Made by a program: the position numbers and the translations under genes. Of a stretch of 64,000 bases of DNA, positions 42,109 to 56,961 are shown in pieces. Source of the DNA: Eledone cirrhosa. Lineage: Eukaryota. Below the pieces are notes generated by a model. That model did not search any database, was not told the origin of the DNA, and saw only the letters and a program-made list of their open reading frames with translations. How positions within the stretch are numbered: position 1 is the first letter of the stretch; each line of letters begins with the position of its first letter. The stretch covers positions 74,152,001-74,216,000 of the forward strand of contig OZ024747.1 in the NCBI GenBank assembly GCA_964016885.1, read 5' to 3'.

Positions 42109-43235
42109 TGTGTGTGTCTGTGCGTGTATAAACAACAGCAAAAGCAACATCAACAACAATAATTGTTTCTATTTTTAAAAAAAGCCAGAAGTTTTGAAGA
42201 GGGGAAAGTCGATTAAATCGACCCCAATGTATGACTGGTACTATCGGGGAGGATAAAATAAAGCAACATTAAAGCACTGGAGTCTATGTAATCGACTCTC
42301 ACCTCCCCCTAAATTGCTGGCATTGTGCCTAAACCACAAATAATTATTGTTGTTGATGTTGTTTTTATTTTTGTTTTATTTTCGTTGTTTTCTAGTTCTT
42401 CGTGGAAACAATATTCTTATGTTTGAAATAATCTTGGTCATTATTTCAAACGTTAGAAACGTCAAGTGGTGTCAAAACTAACTGAGAATCAAATGAATTC
42501 GAGGTTACTTCTTGTATAAACCTCCCGTGAATTTTCTTTAAAAATACATTTTTGTCTTGTCAGTAACTTCTTGTTAAAATCAAAATTTCACCACATCATT
42601 CTTTCATCACAGATACTTCTTGTGATCTTAATACTTCTGATAGCTAAAACATCTAATTCCCAGATCAAAGGGTTGAATCAGTAGCTTTGAATGTTCTATA
42701 CGATATTAGCTAAAACATATTTCTTTTTCTTTTACCATAAAATGCGAAGATTCTTGTTTGATAATATTCCAGATGAATTGTTTAAAGTGAGATTACTAGT
42801 CAGACGACTTAAAATGTCGTGCTAGGCCACGTGGTCTTAATTCCTGCTTGGATTATAGGGACGCCAAGTGCTTGAGCATGTAAACTGATTTCTTTCACAG
42901 ACAGATAGAAAGATAGATAAAGAGAGAGAGGGGGGGGGGTTATTTAGAAAGTGATATAGAGGAAGAATCGACTCCCATACTTTATTTGTCGACCTTGTCT
43001 GGGTTTGAACTTAAAGCGCAGAAAGGAAGATTAAATACCATGAAGTAATTTATTCAGCGTTCTAAAGAAACTGCCAATTTGTCGCTATGAGTTTAATATA
43101 TTGGTTGAATAATATCCCACCAAGTGATATATTACATTATGGAAATCTTGCAATGCAAAGTTATATATTTCACTTGATATTTAATTGATTTAAATGGAGA
43201 GATTATCAGCTGTGTTATGTATCAATGATATTTTA

Positions 43236-43307
43236 TATTTGAGCAGACACTGCTACACAATTAAGGATTTCATAGTTGCAGGTGAAAGTGGCATAAGCAG
43301 AAATGAG
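43236..43307 (-). pseudogene. Possible LDLa-like exon relic
   Basis: LISAYATFTCNYEILNCVAVSAQI* (FTC...CV spacing). Confidence 0.25.
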
Positions 43308-43574
43308 ATTAACATGTTATACAACGGAATTCAAACCATACTCAAGAACCTGTACTGTGTCTATACGGAATGAACATATCTCCTCTTGATTCTGAATGCA
43401 TTAATGGGGAAAATAACTGTATACGGTTATTCAATGGTTGAATATTTAGTTGTAGAGAGTTTATCAATTAGCAAAGTCGACCGTTCCTAAAATGGCAAAG
43501 TGCCCTTCATTTGTATTCATTAACACATAGACACGTGACTGTATAATGGATTCTGATTTAGACATAAAACCTTC

Positions 43575-43690
43575 TGGAAGAAGTAGATTGAATTGACACA
43601 AGTACATTAGTGGTACTTTATTTTATCCATCCCTTAAGGATGAAAGACAAAGCTAATCTCGGTGGAATTTGAACTCAGAACGCAATGAAA
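43575..43690 (-). mobile_element. SINE fragment; similar diverged copies at ~42160-42345, 42960-43090, 47050-47220, 51450-51620 and 62095-62245
   Basis: ggtactttattttatc..aaggatgaaag.caaag...ggaatttgaactcagaacg. Confidence 0.75.
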
Positions 43691-44713
43691 ATATGCAGAA
43701 AAAAAAACAATTTCGTATGGATCTCTGTTTTAATAAATAAATATATAAATAAATACAGTTTAAACTTTTAGGTTCATGCGCTACATCAGGGGGATACCCA
43801 GAAAGGCAAAATAAAAAATGCCTTCTTTTATCTTATATCAGTCTTTGTGATCAATAATGTTTACTTTTTCTTTTCCGATAGCCACAGCAGAAAATCCGTG
43901 TTTGTGCCAAACCGGTAGAACGAATACTAGATGTTTACATTTTCGCTGATATAACTGCACTCTCTCACACACACACACGATCAACACACTCTGTCTATCG
44001 CTCTCTCACACACACACTTCCTCTATCAAGTATAGACTGGTGTCTTCCCAACAGTACACCTACTTAATGACGGTCTCTGCAGCTATCGCTTTAGCATATG
44101 TGAGAAGTCGCATATATTGTAACAATCAGTTGTATATATTTATTAAATGTGTGAAATATCTCTCTGCGGGACACTATTGTTTAATTTCAAGCCATTAAAC
44201 TACTAACAATTCTATAAGTATAACATTACTTCCACCTTTCATGAAATCCGCAATCCTAGTGTAATTAACTGCAGTAATTGTAGGTCTTAGCTACAATACT
44301 ACTCAATACAACTTCTATTATAACATTATGTTCATATAATCCCAGAGGTTTTTCACGAAACCGGAGGCTCATCATGCCGGTGTATCCCGGTTTCCCTGAC
44401 GTTCATCGACTGAGAGTGTAAAACTCCCCCTACTCATAGAAAGGAGGTCAGTTCCTCACAGATGTAGACCCCCAACAATTGGCTTAGCGTTACGGGAGTT
44501 GGATTTACGATCATAATGTCGTGGGTTCGATTCCTGGAGTTTTTTGTTTTGTCTTCTACAGCAAAACACTACTCTTCGCATTGCTCCAGTATACTCACTT
44601 CACATCTATTTACATATACTGAAACGTAATAGTAGCATTAGAGTTCATAATTATTCCTTTTGTTCATCAACTTGAAGATCAAGTTTAATCACAGTCAGCA
44701 GCTATCAATTTAC

Positions 44714-44941
44714 CCAGGAGCAATGTATATTTTTCTATTAAACAACCGCCTGTAACGATCTTGTTCAGCGCCAGTTAAATCTTCTAGTAGTGGCCGCCAG
44801 GCAATAGTCCCAACACGAGATTTGTATAAGCCAGTGAGTGAGAGCTCAATGACATCAACTTTATGAAGAAGATGCCAAATCCTCAGGTCTATGAATCCTG
44901 TGAATCTTGAAGTAATGTAATTCGGAGTAAATCTTTTCATA
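44714..44941 (-). CDS. Candidate 228-nt internal exon (phase 2-2) of an unidentified or decayed gene
   Basis: gttag|...|gtaaat; MKRFTPNYITSRFTGFIDLRIWHLLHKVDVIELSLTGLYKSRVGTIAWRPLLEDLTGAEQDRYRRLFNRKIYIAP; complex, non-repetitive. Confidence 0.55.
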
Positions 44942-45003
44942 CTAACAAATATAAGTAATATCTGCAAAACGAGTTGAGTTCCCTATTATTTCCTTCCGCC
45001 TAC

Positions 45004-45073
<70 letters not shown>

Positions 45074-45932
45074 CTGTGTGTATGTGTGATTGTTCGCATG
45101 TATGTATATATTCTTGTTTGTTACTACGTATGTATGCATGTATGCAATTATGTACGTTAGCGAAAGAAGTAAGGGATAAAAAATTTGAAAGAGCAATGTT
45201 ATAGAATTTCATTTGCTTCGACTAAAAGATACTTTTTAGGGGGGAATACAGTTACTTTCCCTGTGTGCTGGTTCTTTGCTTCTGGTTTTTTGTTGTTTTT
45301 TTTTTTCTTCTTTTATAGTATTTCTGTTTTGCTCTTCATTGTAAAGCTCTACAATTTCGTTTGTTATCATGGCGGCTACTAATTCATTTGAGAACCATAA
45401 AAAATGTGAAAATTTCTTATTCTAAACCCGGCAAGTCATAAAAGGAATAATCATTAAAAAAAATTCTAAATGTAATACAGCAAAAAATATGTCATGAATG
45501 AATGATAAAAATAGTGTGTAAACGAAATAAAATCAAGGAAACTAATTTTGTGCATATTGAGTAAGAAACTGATGCAATACTCTTTATGATGTAAAGGGGT
45601 GGGTGGGTATGGGATTGAAATAACACAACTAACTAGAAAATTAGAAAAGGCGATATGTTTTAATTTTCAATAATGTTTGCTTCTGAAACCCATATGGTTA
45701 CAGCAATCTCTCTTTAAAAATAGCCTCTTTGATGTAAATGCGATAGATTTCTTTGTAACAAAGTTGTAAAAATATTATTGTGAAATTTCAGCCTTTTTTT
45801 TTCATTTACTTTTATACTTCATAATCGTTTTTTGCGGTTTCTTTATGCTCTCATGTTCGTTTTATTTTCTCCGGAGATCGTTAAATGTAAAATGTTATAT
45901 GCTGCTAGATTTGACTGATACCAGTATTCAAC

Positions 45933-46181
45933 CTGTCAGTGAGAAACTCCCACCCACCTCTTCGACACTCTGGGTTAATGGCCTACATTTTGTGACATTT
46001 TGTGACAGCCAAACTCACAACACAAAATATTGAATAGAAAGCCTTTACATATTTAATAATTTCTTGCAATAATATATTTAATTCGCTATGTTCTTTATCT
46101 CCATTTAAACAATATACTGGTTTGATTTGGTGAAACAAGCCGTGAACAATTGTCGCCAGAAGCCTTCCCGGACTGGTGATG
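45933..46181 (-). CDS. Two candidate exons (46049-46181 and 45933-45982) phase-compatible with 44714-44941
   Basis: ITSPGRLLATIVHGLFHQIKPVYCLNGDKEHSELNILLQEIIKY|AINPECRRGGWEFLTD; 66-nt GT-AG intron. Confidence 0.4.
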
Positions 46182-48124
46182 CTGACATATTTAATGTTTC
46201 TCAAACAACATTAAGGATAATGTACAAAATAATTGCTTGATCTTTTTGATTGATTGCTAGAACAGAATTGACATGTTAAGGTCAGTAGACATTGGAATAA
46301 TAATGTCAATTTATATTTTTTAATTTTTAAACAACACACGGCCCCATTCAGGAAAACGCCGTATGTTGATAAGGCGCCCCTACGACTCTCTGAAGAGTTA
46401 CAGAACTATGCCATGCATGCAATAACAGTACAATGAAACCCGTAATATTCATTAAATATTACAATATAATGTTGTCTTCTCCATCACAAACACAACAACG
46501 AATCCATTGAACATTAGCAAGTATATTCACATATAGACATACAAGTTGTTTACAATTTGATATTGATAATATCATATTCCATATATGTGTTGTGACTACG
46601 AATATTCAACAGGTTATCTCAAATAGTGAAGAAGGGATATCAGTGTTGTTTTTTTTTCTCCTTTTTTTGTTTGTTTTGTATTTGTTTTGTTTTATTCTCT
46701 TTCCTATGGTGAGAACAGCAAATATTTTCTATAAGGAAAACGTCTATTGTCTCAGCACAGAATATGTCGGTCAGTACATTTCACCTACTTCGAACACACA
46801 AATATTTTAGCATACAGAATAACATACGACTGTAGATGTATGTAAAACTGTGTACGTGTATTAAATATGATATAATTAACAGGAAAATAAATAAACTGAA
46901 ACAGATTTGCAAGCATACATACGTGGATAGATTTATTATATTTATCGTGTTTTATATACTTCTTCAAATATATCCCTCTCCAGGACTGAATGCAGAAGAT
47001 TTCTTCCATGGAAGTATAGAGAGAATGAGGGAATGAAAGTGAGAAAGAGATATAGAGGAAGAGTCGACTCTAGTACTTGACCGTTACTTTGTTATCGACT
47101 TCGAATGGATGAAAGGCAAAAGTTAACTTCGCCAGGATTTGAACTCAGGGAGCAGAGAAAGGAAATAAATAACGCAAAGCATTCTAACTAATGTTCTAAC
47201 GACTCTTCTATTTCGCCAGCTATAAGACAAAACTATTTAAACAACTCCAAATAGCAAATAGAAATATTTTTGAATTAAAAAAAATAAGCTGTATTGGAAT
47301 GGACCATTTAATATTCTGACAGTTTATATTGTTTTACCTCGTGAAAAGTCTCAACCAAGTCCTTAACGAAAATATAGCTTCTACATAGCCAGCAGCATGG
47401 CAGAGAAAAAATATATCCACCCTTGGGATTTAATAAAAGAAACACACACACACAGATAATTCAGATGTGTGTGCACATATGCTTACGGATGATAATTTCA
47501 CACCTGTAACTTTCATTTAGTTTCATAAACAAAAAAATATATATAATCTAAAATATTGTAAAATACGAAAAGTGAGATATTTGCAGAAAATAACTGGCGT
47601 ATCTTTCCACATTCATGCTTATTTTATTCTTTTTTGTTCTTTTATTTTTATCAAGATTAAAGAACTGAATACATGCTATTATGGTTGGTGTTTCTCTCGT
47701 GTTTATGTTCACACGAATACTGAAGCCTTTTCTCCTACTGCCATTCTATTTCAATAACATATATATTTCTCCACAAACCGTACACAACATTTACACACTG
47801 ATTCACTTTCATCTTTATTGTAAAGATATACTTCCCTATGAATTTATGAAATCATTCTTTACTCTCTAACATTCAGACACTTACACAAAAACACATATAA
47901 AGTCCCCTTCCTTCGCAATCTCTATTTCTATGTCTCTCACCGTTTCGCACTTTCAGTTTCAGCTCAGATAAATTGAGATATTGTTGTATTATTGTTTAGA
48001 GAATTCGTTAGAGGCATCCAAGGAAACTCGACTGAATAGATACGTAGACGCACACACATACCTAAGCACACACACACACACACGCACACACAAGCATACA
48101 TAGACAGACACTCATACACACACA

Positions 48125-48185
<61 letters not shown>

Positions 48186-49774
48186 ATACCGTATACATAA
48201 ATACATGTATACATAAAATACATACATCGATACATTCACACACACACGCACACACATATATATATATACAAATGCATAGTTAGACACATGCATACATATA
48301 TTCATACATACATACACACATATACATACATACATACATGCATACATACATACATACATACATACATACATACATACATACATACATACATACATACATA
48401 CATACATACATACATACATACACTATAAATGCAATGAAACACACAGCTTCATCCAAATGGGATGAAATCAAAAATAGTTAGTTTTAGAAAGCGGTTCTAG
48501 CAATGACAAAAGCATTGGTGATATTTCCAATATATGGCAGAGTTTTCAGTAGAATCTCCTTTATATTGTAGGATAATGATCATATTGCAAGCATTCATAT
48601 TATAAAGAGAGACTGTGGTAAAAGATGAGAAGAGATATGGGTGATATTATTTTAATAGGTAAATGAAATAATGATGACATATACTATAGCAATACATATG
48701 TAACCTCTCTCTATCTTTTTACACGTCTCTTATATTCTCTCTCATCTACTCACTTTCTATCTCTTTTCTGTTCTGTTCTCTTCCTTTTCAATTCGATAAA
48801 AGAAAATATGTATGATGAAGGAGGAAGTAGGAGAGAGAATGAGCTGAGAGAAGGAGAGAGTGGGGTGTGTGAGAGAGGGAGGGTGTGAGGTGTGAGCAAG
48901 AGAGAGGGAGTGAGACGAGAGACTGAAAGAGAGAAAGAGAGATAAGACCTAGAGAGAAGTAAAAATTGGCTTTCGAATAAGATAAGGAGACAATACGAAA
49001 CGAACAAAGATCCAAAATATTGACAAAGACTTAGGATAAATAACCTGCGATACTCTCACAAACCTATACAGTCTGATCATGAAATTAACGTGCAAGTGGC
49101 TGAGCATTCGACAAAAGTCATCCTTAACGTAATTGTCAGGCCGATACACCGTAACATAGAAAATGATATAGTTGACAACTTATATTTACCAATTGATATA
49201 TGTGTGGTAACATTTGTCAACCGATGAATGTTGGGCAAATATATTTGGGCAGTTCATTTCACGTATGTATATGTATATATTTATGTATATATTTATGTAT
49301 ATATTTATAAATGGGGATGTTGTGTGTATGAATTTACAAATACATTTAAAGCAAATCTAAAGATATAGAATACAACACAGCAGAGTTCTATAACCCCAGA
49401 CTATCGCTAGAAACTAAGACAACTATAAACCAATGATGTATATTATTTGGATATATATAGGGGACATGGGATCAGGTTACAATAATTTAGAACTGACAAT
49501 ATATTTTTTGACTTGTAGTGCAGCGAAAGTAACTAAATATGAAGGGAAATATCCCAAAACAACAACACCGACACATAAAAACAAAATAATCCGCGTGGGT
49601 TTAACGTTCCCCTGGCTAGGTAGCTAATCTTATTTAAAGTTGCGTCTCCCCGGCTTCGATCCAACATTCATACCAAGCCAAATTCAATGAATAGAATAAT
49701 ATACACATCAAATATGAATACGACACTAATCTCATATATATGTTTGTGAGTGTGTGTGTGTGTGTGCGTGTGTA

Positions 49775-49829
<55 letters not shown>

Positions 49830-50291
49830 GTATAGACAGACATAAATACATATGTATGTTTATATTTGCACATATGTAAATGCACATATACAGATAACAC
49901 ATTTAATTTAATTCAGGTTAAAATTTAGATAGAGTATCAAGTTTCTCGGAGACGTCTCTTGATAGTTCAACAATGGAATTCTACATTGAAATACTTAGCT
50001 ACATATCTTACTACTTTAATACTGTCGCGCTAATCGATTGAATTGAGAGAATACTTGGCAATAATGTTTCTTAAATTCCTGCAGGCATTCTTTAACTGCA
50101 TTTATCTTGCACGATGTCGAAGTCATCCGGGGGAAGAGGTTTCAAATGGTACAATTAATCAATAGACAATATGGATGCACACATATACATGCATATATGC
50201 AGGTGCCTTTGTTTATATGAATATACATACCTGCATGCATATCTATATATATATGTATATGTGTATATGTGCATGTGCGTAAATATATGCG

Positions 50292-50355
<64 letters not shown>

Positions 50356-50507
50356 GATATTTATAGATAGATATAGTTATATATAATTGAGTGTAATTAA
50401 TATATATATATATATGTGTATGTATATAAATATGCGTATATATATATATATATATATAAATATATGTTTATATACACATATGCAAATATATATATATACA
50501 CATACAA

Positions 50508-50539
<32 letters not shown>

Positions 50540-50564
50540 GTGTGTGTGTATACACACACACATG

Positions 50565-50643
<79 letters not shown>

Positions 50644-51057
50644 AACGCACGCATATGCTTATATCTGTGCGTGTGTATTTTGATTATAATTATATATGAA
50701 TGGGCGTATATGTGTGTATGAATGAATGCGCATATTTTTTGTGGGTTAATTTAATGAATGAATGTCCCAGTTTCGGCGACACAAAAATTCAATAAAATGC
50801 CAAAGGGAAAGTTATCTTATGCTATTATAGATGTAAATGCATCACTATTTCTTCACTATTTCTTCACGGAAAAACACATTTCTTCCTACCAAATAATCTC
50901 GCCCTCGTCAGTTATACAGAAATGACTCTGTGTAGCATTGCGACATATTATACTCTACTATGCTACTAATCTATATCGGCCAGTACTGCTTGTTCTAAAT
51001 TAATAGGAATCATCGTCAGATCGGGAATGTGAAATTGTATACACACAGAAATACACA

Positions 51058-51204
<147 letters not shown>

Positions 51205-51231
51205 TATATACATGTGTATGTGTGTATATAT

Positions 51232-51285
<54 letters not shown>

Positions 51286-52016
51286 TATGTGTGTGTGTGT
51301 GTACATCATCAATGAATTCGGAAGTAGCCACAGTTGAAAAGGTACTCAATACTTTATTTGAGTGTTAACATATTAACTAATATTGAAATGGCTTCTACAG
51401 GACTAGAAATGTTTCATTCGTATGAACTCATCAAGAATGGGTATCCTGAAGGAGGAAAGTCGATTAAATCGACCGCAGTACTTTCCCTGATACTTTATTC
51501 TATCGAACCCTTGGAAGGGTGAATGACAAAGTGATCCATAGTAAGATTTGAAATATGAACGTCAAAGCTGTTAATTTACAGCTCCAAACATTTTGTCCAA
51601 CGTTCTAACGATGTTACCAATCCACTAAACTTGTATTATATTGTTAAACACATCTCCAAACTTGAATAAAAATCCTGTACAGTATAGCGGCAATAATTAT
51701 AACACGATATATGGATCTCTTATTATATATATGGGCTACAAATACAAGATCGTTTGATCCCATAATCCTGTCAAGGAAAAATAACAGAAAAGCATGTGAT
51801 CCAATCAGTTATTCTCGTTAAATGTCAAATCGAACAATGTAAGTTTCATCAATAGATAATTCCAGGTCAATAAACTTTACACGTAAATATCTGTAGAAAA
51901 CAATTTAAAACTAATTCATATATCCAACAACAACAACATATCGTTACAAGAAAGTCTGCCGAAACATCGCTGTTTAATTGTTCGTGGAGAAAGAATCTTG
52001 TCTTTACAGACAAGAA

Positions 52017-52092
52017 ACGTCATCTCCTCTACGTGGGCGACGTCATCTCCTCTACGTGGGCGACGTCATCTCCTCTACGTGGGCGACGTCAT
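52017..52092. repeat. 23-bp tandem repeat x3 (acgtcatctcctctacgtgggcg)
   Basis: Perfect copies; CpG-rich. Confidence 0.95.
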
Positions 52093-52300
52093 TCCAGCTA
52101 AACTCAGCCAAAATATGGCAGAATGGTAAAAGAGGAAAATAAAAAGAAATAATGTGTGGAACCATAAAGGGAGGAAAATACATCATTACACATCTCTCTC
52201 TCTCTCTCTCTTTCTATCTCTCTTTCTTTCTATCTCTCTCTCTCTTTCGCTCTTTCTCGCTCTCTCTCTCTCTTTCTCTCCACTCTCTCTCGCTCGCCCC

Positions 52301-52332
<32 letters not shown>

Positions 52333-52454
52333 ACCTCTCTCTTCTATATGTATTTCAATCACCGCAAAACATATCTGGTAATACATATGGAAAAAGATTT
52401 AAAATGTATGTTACCCACACACACACGCAGGCACACACGCAGGCACACACGCAG

Positions 52455-52535
<81 letters not shown>

Positions 52536-53488
52536 CACACACACATACACACACACACACGCACACATATATATATATATACATACATATATATATATTT
52601 ATATATATATATATTGTATTATATTCCATTATCTTTTTTTATATTATATTATATAGTTATGTTTATACACGGAACAAAAGCGCTACCTAAAGTTTCAAGG
52701 CCCAATATTGACCAATCTCCAGAATATATATATATATATATTAAAAATTGCACCAACTACATATACAAGTGTAGACATCGTGCTGTAATCGAAGGAAATG
52801 TTTTGTATCGCTGTTGATTATATCTGTGTGTGTGAGGATGTGTGTATTAGTGGAAACTGCGACTGCAGAACTCAATTTAAGAGGTCTCGACAAATGACAG
52901 AAAACTATTTGCAGAGAAATAATCCTCCCACTGCATCAGACACTTTGTTACAAAAAAATATACGTGTGAACATTAAACCATATATGTGCGGAAGTATGGA
53001 AATCTCATTAAGTACACCATACAAATATACAAATATATATATATTAGTACTTACATATATGTGTGTGTGGATATATGTTAACATTTCTGCATTACGATGT
53101 TGTATTGTCTGACGTCATTCACAGATATATCGTTGAACTGTTGTTGTACTTTTGACCCTCTCGGGCTAAACGATCGTTATATCCTATACCATACTTGTTT
53201 TTATGTTTCGTTGTCTTCTTATTTAATTTCTCTTAACGATTAATTGTATTCTACTTTATTTCTCTTCTTAATTCTGCTGCACTCTTCTTCTAGTCTCATG
53301 TATCACCACTCTCTCTATCTCACACACTCGTACAACCCACATATAGGTCTAAACTACACATACACACAAACATATATTTGTTATGTATATATGTATCTCT
53401 ACCTATGTCTCTCTGTCTCCTCATTTTTCCATATACCTTCGGGTCGCCTATATTGGGGGGGGGGGGATAACCGGGGATTGGAAAATCG

Positions 53489-54570
53489 GAAATTTTGGCA
53501 CTACAACGGAATTGGCTGTCAGAAGTGAAAGTAGAAGAATTTGACGTCAATCTGACGTCATTCGTCAACCTTCTCAATCGTCAACCCTTCGTTTATTTCC
53601 GTATCACCACCACCACCACGTGTAAATAAATAAACTTTGAAATCACCACGTTGGTTTTTCACTTTGGGATAATACACGTATTTGCAACTTGAAATATATG
53701 AATTCTACATTATACCCCAGCGTAAATGGAATTAATCATCGCGATATTTCCATCGCTACCGCTACTACAGCAGATACCATTAATTGGTTGAAAAAACATA
53801 GACTTAATCCTGTATGTTATTAAAAGGTTCCCGAGTAGTACAGTAAATTAAAGCCTTTACGAATGGAACTATGCAATGAAAGTATTTTAATAAGTGTATC
53901 TCATCGTAAACGTATCTCTTAGAAATTCATAAATGGCTGTGTAAACCCTTACACTTTAAAATAAAATTACAAACCAATTATGTGGTCATGAAGTTGCTAG
54001 AAATAGCAGGCAAATCTTATACCCTCTACCACATTAAAAAAAAAGAAAGAACGAAAACGGGAGTAACTCGTTAATATTTATTGAAATATTCTAAGCGTTA
54101 CTGCTTCGGATGTGATAAAAAGAAAATTATATAGAGAATTTTAAATATTTCGAAAGCACAAGCAATCGTCAAGGACTTTATATACTAATTCCTTTCTTTC
54201 TGTGTTCGTGGCAGCTGAGTATCAACCACCCATAAATAATTTTTACCCGCTAAGAATCTCAATGGGGAAAATTGTCTTCAATTTCTGCCAGTATTACAAA
54301 ACAAGGTTATCTTGTAGTTACCCGCGTTAAATTGTTTTTTTTTTTTAAGAAAGTCGGTAGTGTCGGCCCCATGAACTTAATTTGTTTTCTAATTTGATAA
54401 CTATGACTATACATCAACGTGGTGATTTCAAAGTTTATTTATTTACACATGGTGGTTATGGTGATACGGAAATAAACGAAGGTTTGGCGATTGAGAAGGT
54501 TGACGAATGACGTCACATTCTTCTACTTTCACTTCTGACAGCCAATTCCGTTGTAGAGCCGAAATTTTTC
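53489..54570. mobile_element. ~1.08-kb non-autonomous DNA element with ~160-bp terminal inverted repeats
   Basis: 53489-53653 is the reverse complement of 54415-54570; no ORF. Confidence 0.8.
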
Positions 54571-54989
54571 TAGGTTGTCTCTCTTGATATTTTTTTAATA
54601 ACCTGAATTTGTCGTTTAGTTTACATATTGAGACTCCAAACCATCCTATTTATTTATAACGTATGTTCATATCTTGTCATGTTTAATGGTTTTAATGTCT
54701 AAAGAAGATTGTCACAGAAATGCTCCCACTTAAAACAAACTTTCGCCGGAGATAGATTAGAAAACCTTAATAATTGGATGGCGGAAAGACTCAACAATCC
54801 ACACATTTTCTCATACGAGGCAGCATGGTTCTCTCAGAAGCCCTGATAACGTTTTTTTTTTTTTTTTTTTGTAGAAGACTAGCTGTCGCCCGTGCATAGG
54901 AGTTTGCTTTCTCCACGCCACTCATGTTATACAAGAGAAAGATAATGACCGATACCCTTGGCAAAACTGCTGTCGCAACTCATTTCTAC

Positions 54990-55123
54990 AGCTGAGCGGC
55001 CTGCAGCAAAGTGAAATAAAGTACCTTGCCCAAGGACATAGCACCTCAACTAGTCCGTGTGTCGAACTCACAATCTTCCGATTGTGAATCCAATGTCATA
55101 ACTACTAAACCACGCACCTTCAC
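54990..55123 (-). mobile_element. tRNA-derived SINE head
   Basis: A box gtggtttagtagtta, B box gtgagttcgacac, then tgtccttgggcaaggtactttatt. Confidence 0.7.
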
Positions 55124-55148
55124 TATATAATATATATATGAGTGTGTA

Positions 55149-55216
<68 letters not shown>

Positions 55217-55284
55217 AAATAGCCGTCGAAACGGATTGAGCTCTGCCGTCGGGGTCATACTTTTTCCTATATATATATATATAT

Positions 55285-55517
55285 ATGAGTAAGTATGTTT
55301 TGAAACAGTGAGCAGGTTTGAAATTAGAAAATAGAATAGCATTCACCGTATTTTTGACTAAATAAATTTTAGCCTGATAATGGGGTTTAGAACCCTCAGA
55401 TAAATGGAAAAAGATGAGTATTGATGTACATCAATACTCATCTTTTTCCATTTATCTGAGTGGGGTTCGAAACCCCATTATCAGGCTAAAATTTATTTAG
55501 TCAAAAATACGGTGAAA
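55285..55517. mobile_element. Fold-back element family E with ~175-bp palindrome
   Basis: 55342-55516 palindrome centred on tgtaca (~55428). Confidence 0.88.
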
Positions 55518-55994
55518 TATATATATATATATATTACATATGTATATTTGTGTGTACGGGTGGGTGGTTGTGTGAATGTATGTTTATATGTCGGCATGTA
55601 TTTAGGTATTTAGACATATATCTACAAATGTGTGTACATGTTAGGGTGAGTGTACTTGAGGGTATACATGTGTATATGTGTGTTTAAAGACAAATTAGAG
55701 AAAGAAGCAAAATGTCTTTACTCAATGGGAATCTCGACAATATATAGATTTACACCAGCAGCAAAAATAGCAGCCAACAAAACCAATACATATATAAGCA
55801 ACTTCATTGATAACCTGCCAAACAATTCATAGTTTCACAATGAATATATATACACAGTCATATATACCCAGATATATCTACGCATACAAACACACACATT
55901 TTGTATGCATATATATATATACCGACACATACCCACACATGCACACGCATATATATATATATGTGTGTGTATATATGTGTGTGTGTGTGTATGT

Positions 55995-56029
<35 letters not shown>

Positions 56030-56034
<5 letters not shown>

Positions 56035-56285
56035 CGTTTCTGAATTTGTTTAGCAAGATTCTTTATCTGAAATCGTGTGTTGAAACCGATATTGTTATAC
56101 TTTGGCAACATGACCCTCCCAAAGTATAACAATATATATATATATATATATATATAACGAAGGAAATGTGGTAAGGAACCAGGTGGACCATAACGCACCA
56201 AAGTACCCAATACTTAGGGTAGTAGAGTGGGTAATAGGAACCAGTAAGACCCCGACGGCTGAGCTCAAGCCGTTTCGACGGCTAT
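56030..56285. mobile_element. Adjacent family B (56030-56135) and family A (56155-56285) fragments
   Basis: Match 9365-9453 and 3033-3152; separated by (TA)n. Confidence 0.85.
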
Positions 56286-56297
56286 ATATATTCATAG

Positions 56298-56353
<56 letters not shown>

Positions 56354-56734
56354 GCGTACATACCATGGTCCATACTTATTTATTTATAAATACATACATA
56401 TATATATGTGTGTGTGTGCTTATATGTCTGTGTATATATATATATATGTGTGTGTCTGTGCATGTGTGTGTGGGTGGGGGTGCATATTCATGACCTTGGA
56501 AGTGGTGTATAATAAGTAATATCCAAATAAGGTGTATCTAAGAGGGTGTATATTTATATTTTATATATTTACGTATCTGTGTATATTTATCCATATACAT
56601 TTATACACGAAAGCACACAAATATATATATATGATAAATATATACGTATGTATGTATGCATGTATGCATACATACATACGTATATATGGTCAGGTCACCA
56701 GTTGTATGTATGCATACATACATACGTATTATGG

Positions 56735-56960
56735 TCAGGTCACCAGTTGGTGCTACTGATAACATGTATCCCAGTACAACCAGTCTCATGGTCGAGTGGT
56801 TGGCGACTAAACTGGCAACCCCACCAAGGTTTCTTGGTGACGAGGGTGACTTTGGACATCCTGCAGGACTAAAAACAAAACCTGTCAAAGGGCAAAGGAG
56901 CTCTTAAGAGTCAATGGCCATCCAAAATCACCGGGAGAGATGACCCCTTAGCCTTTGTCA
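56735..56960 (+). mobile_element. Repeat family D 5' part
   Basis: Near-identical to 14446-14670. Confidence 0.8.
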
Positions 56961-56961
56961 A

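Noticed and set aside
44480-44540. tRNA gene
   Set aside because: Only degenerate A/B boxes of a SINE head; no cloverleaf.
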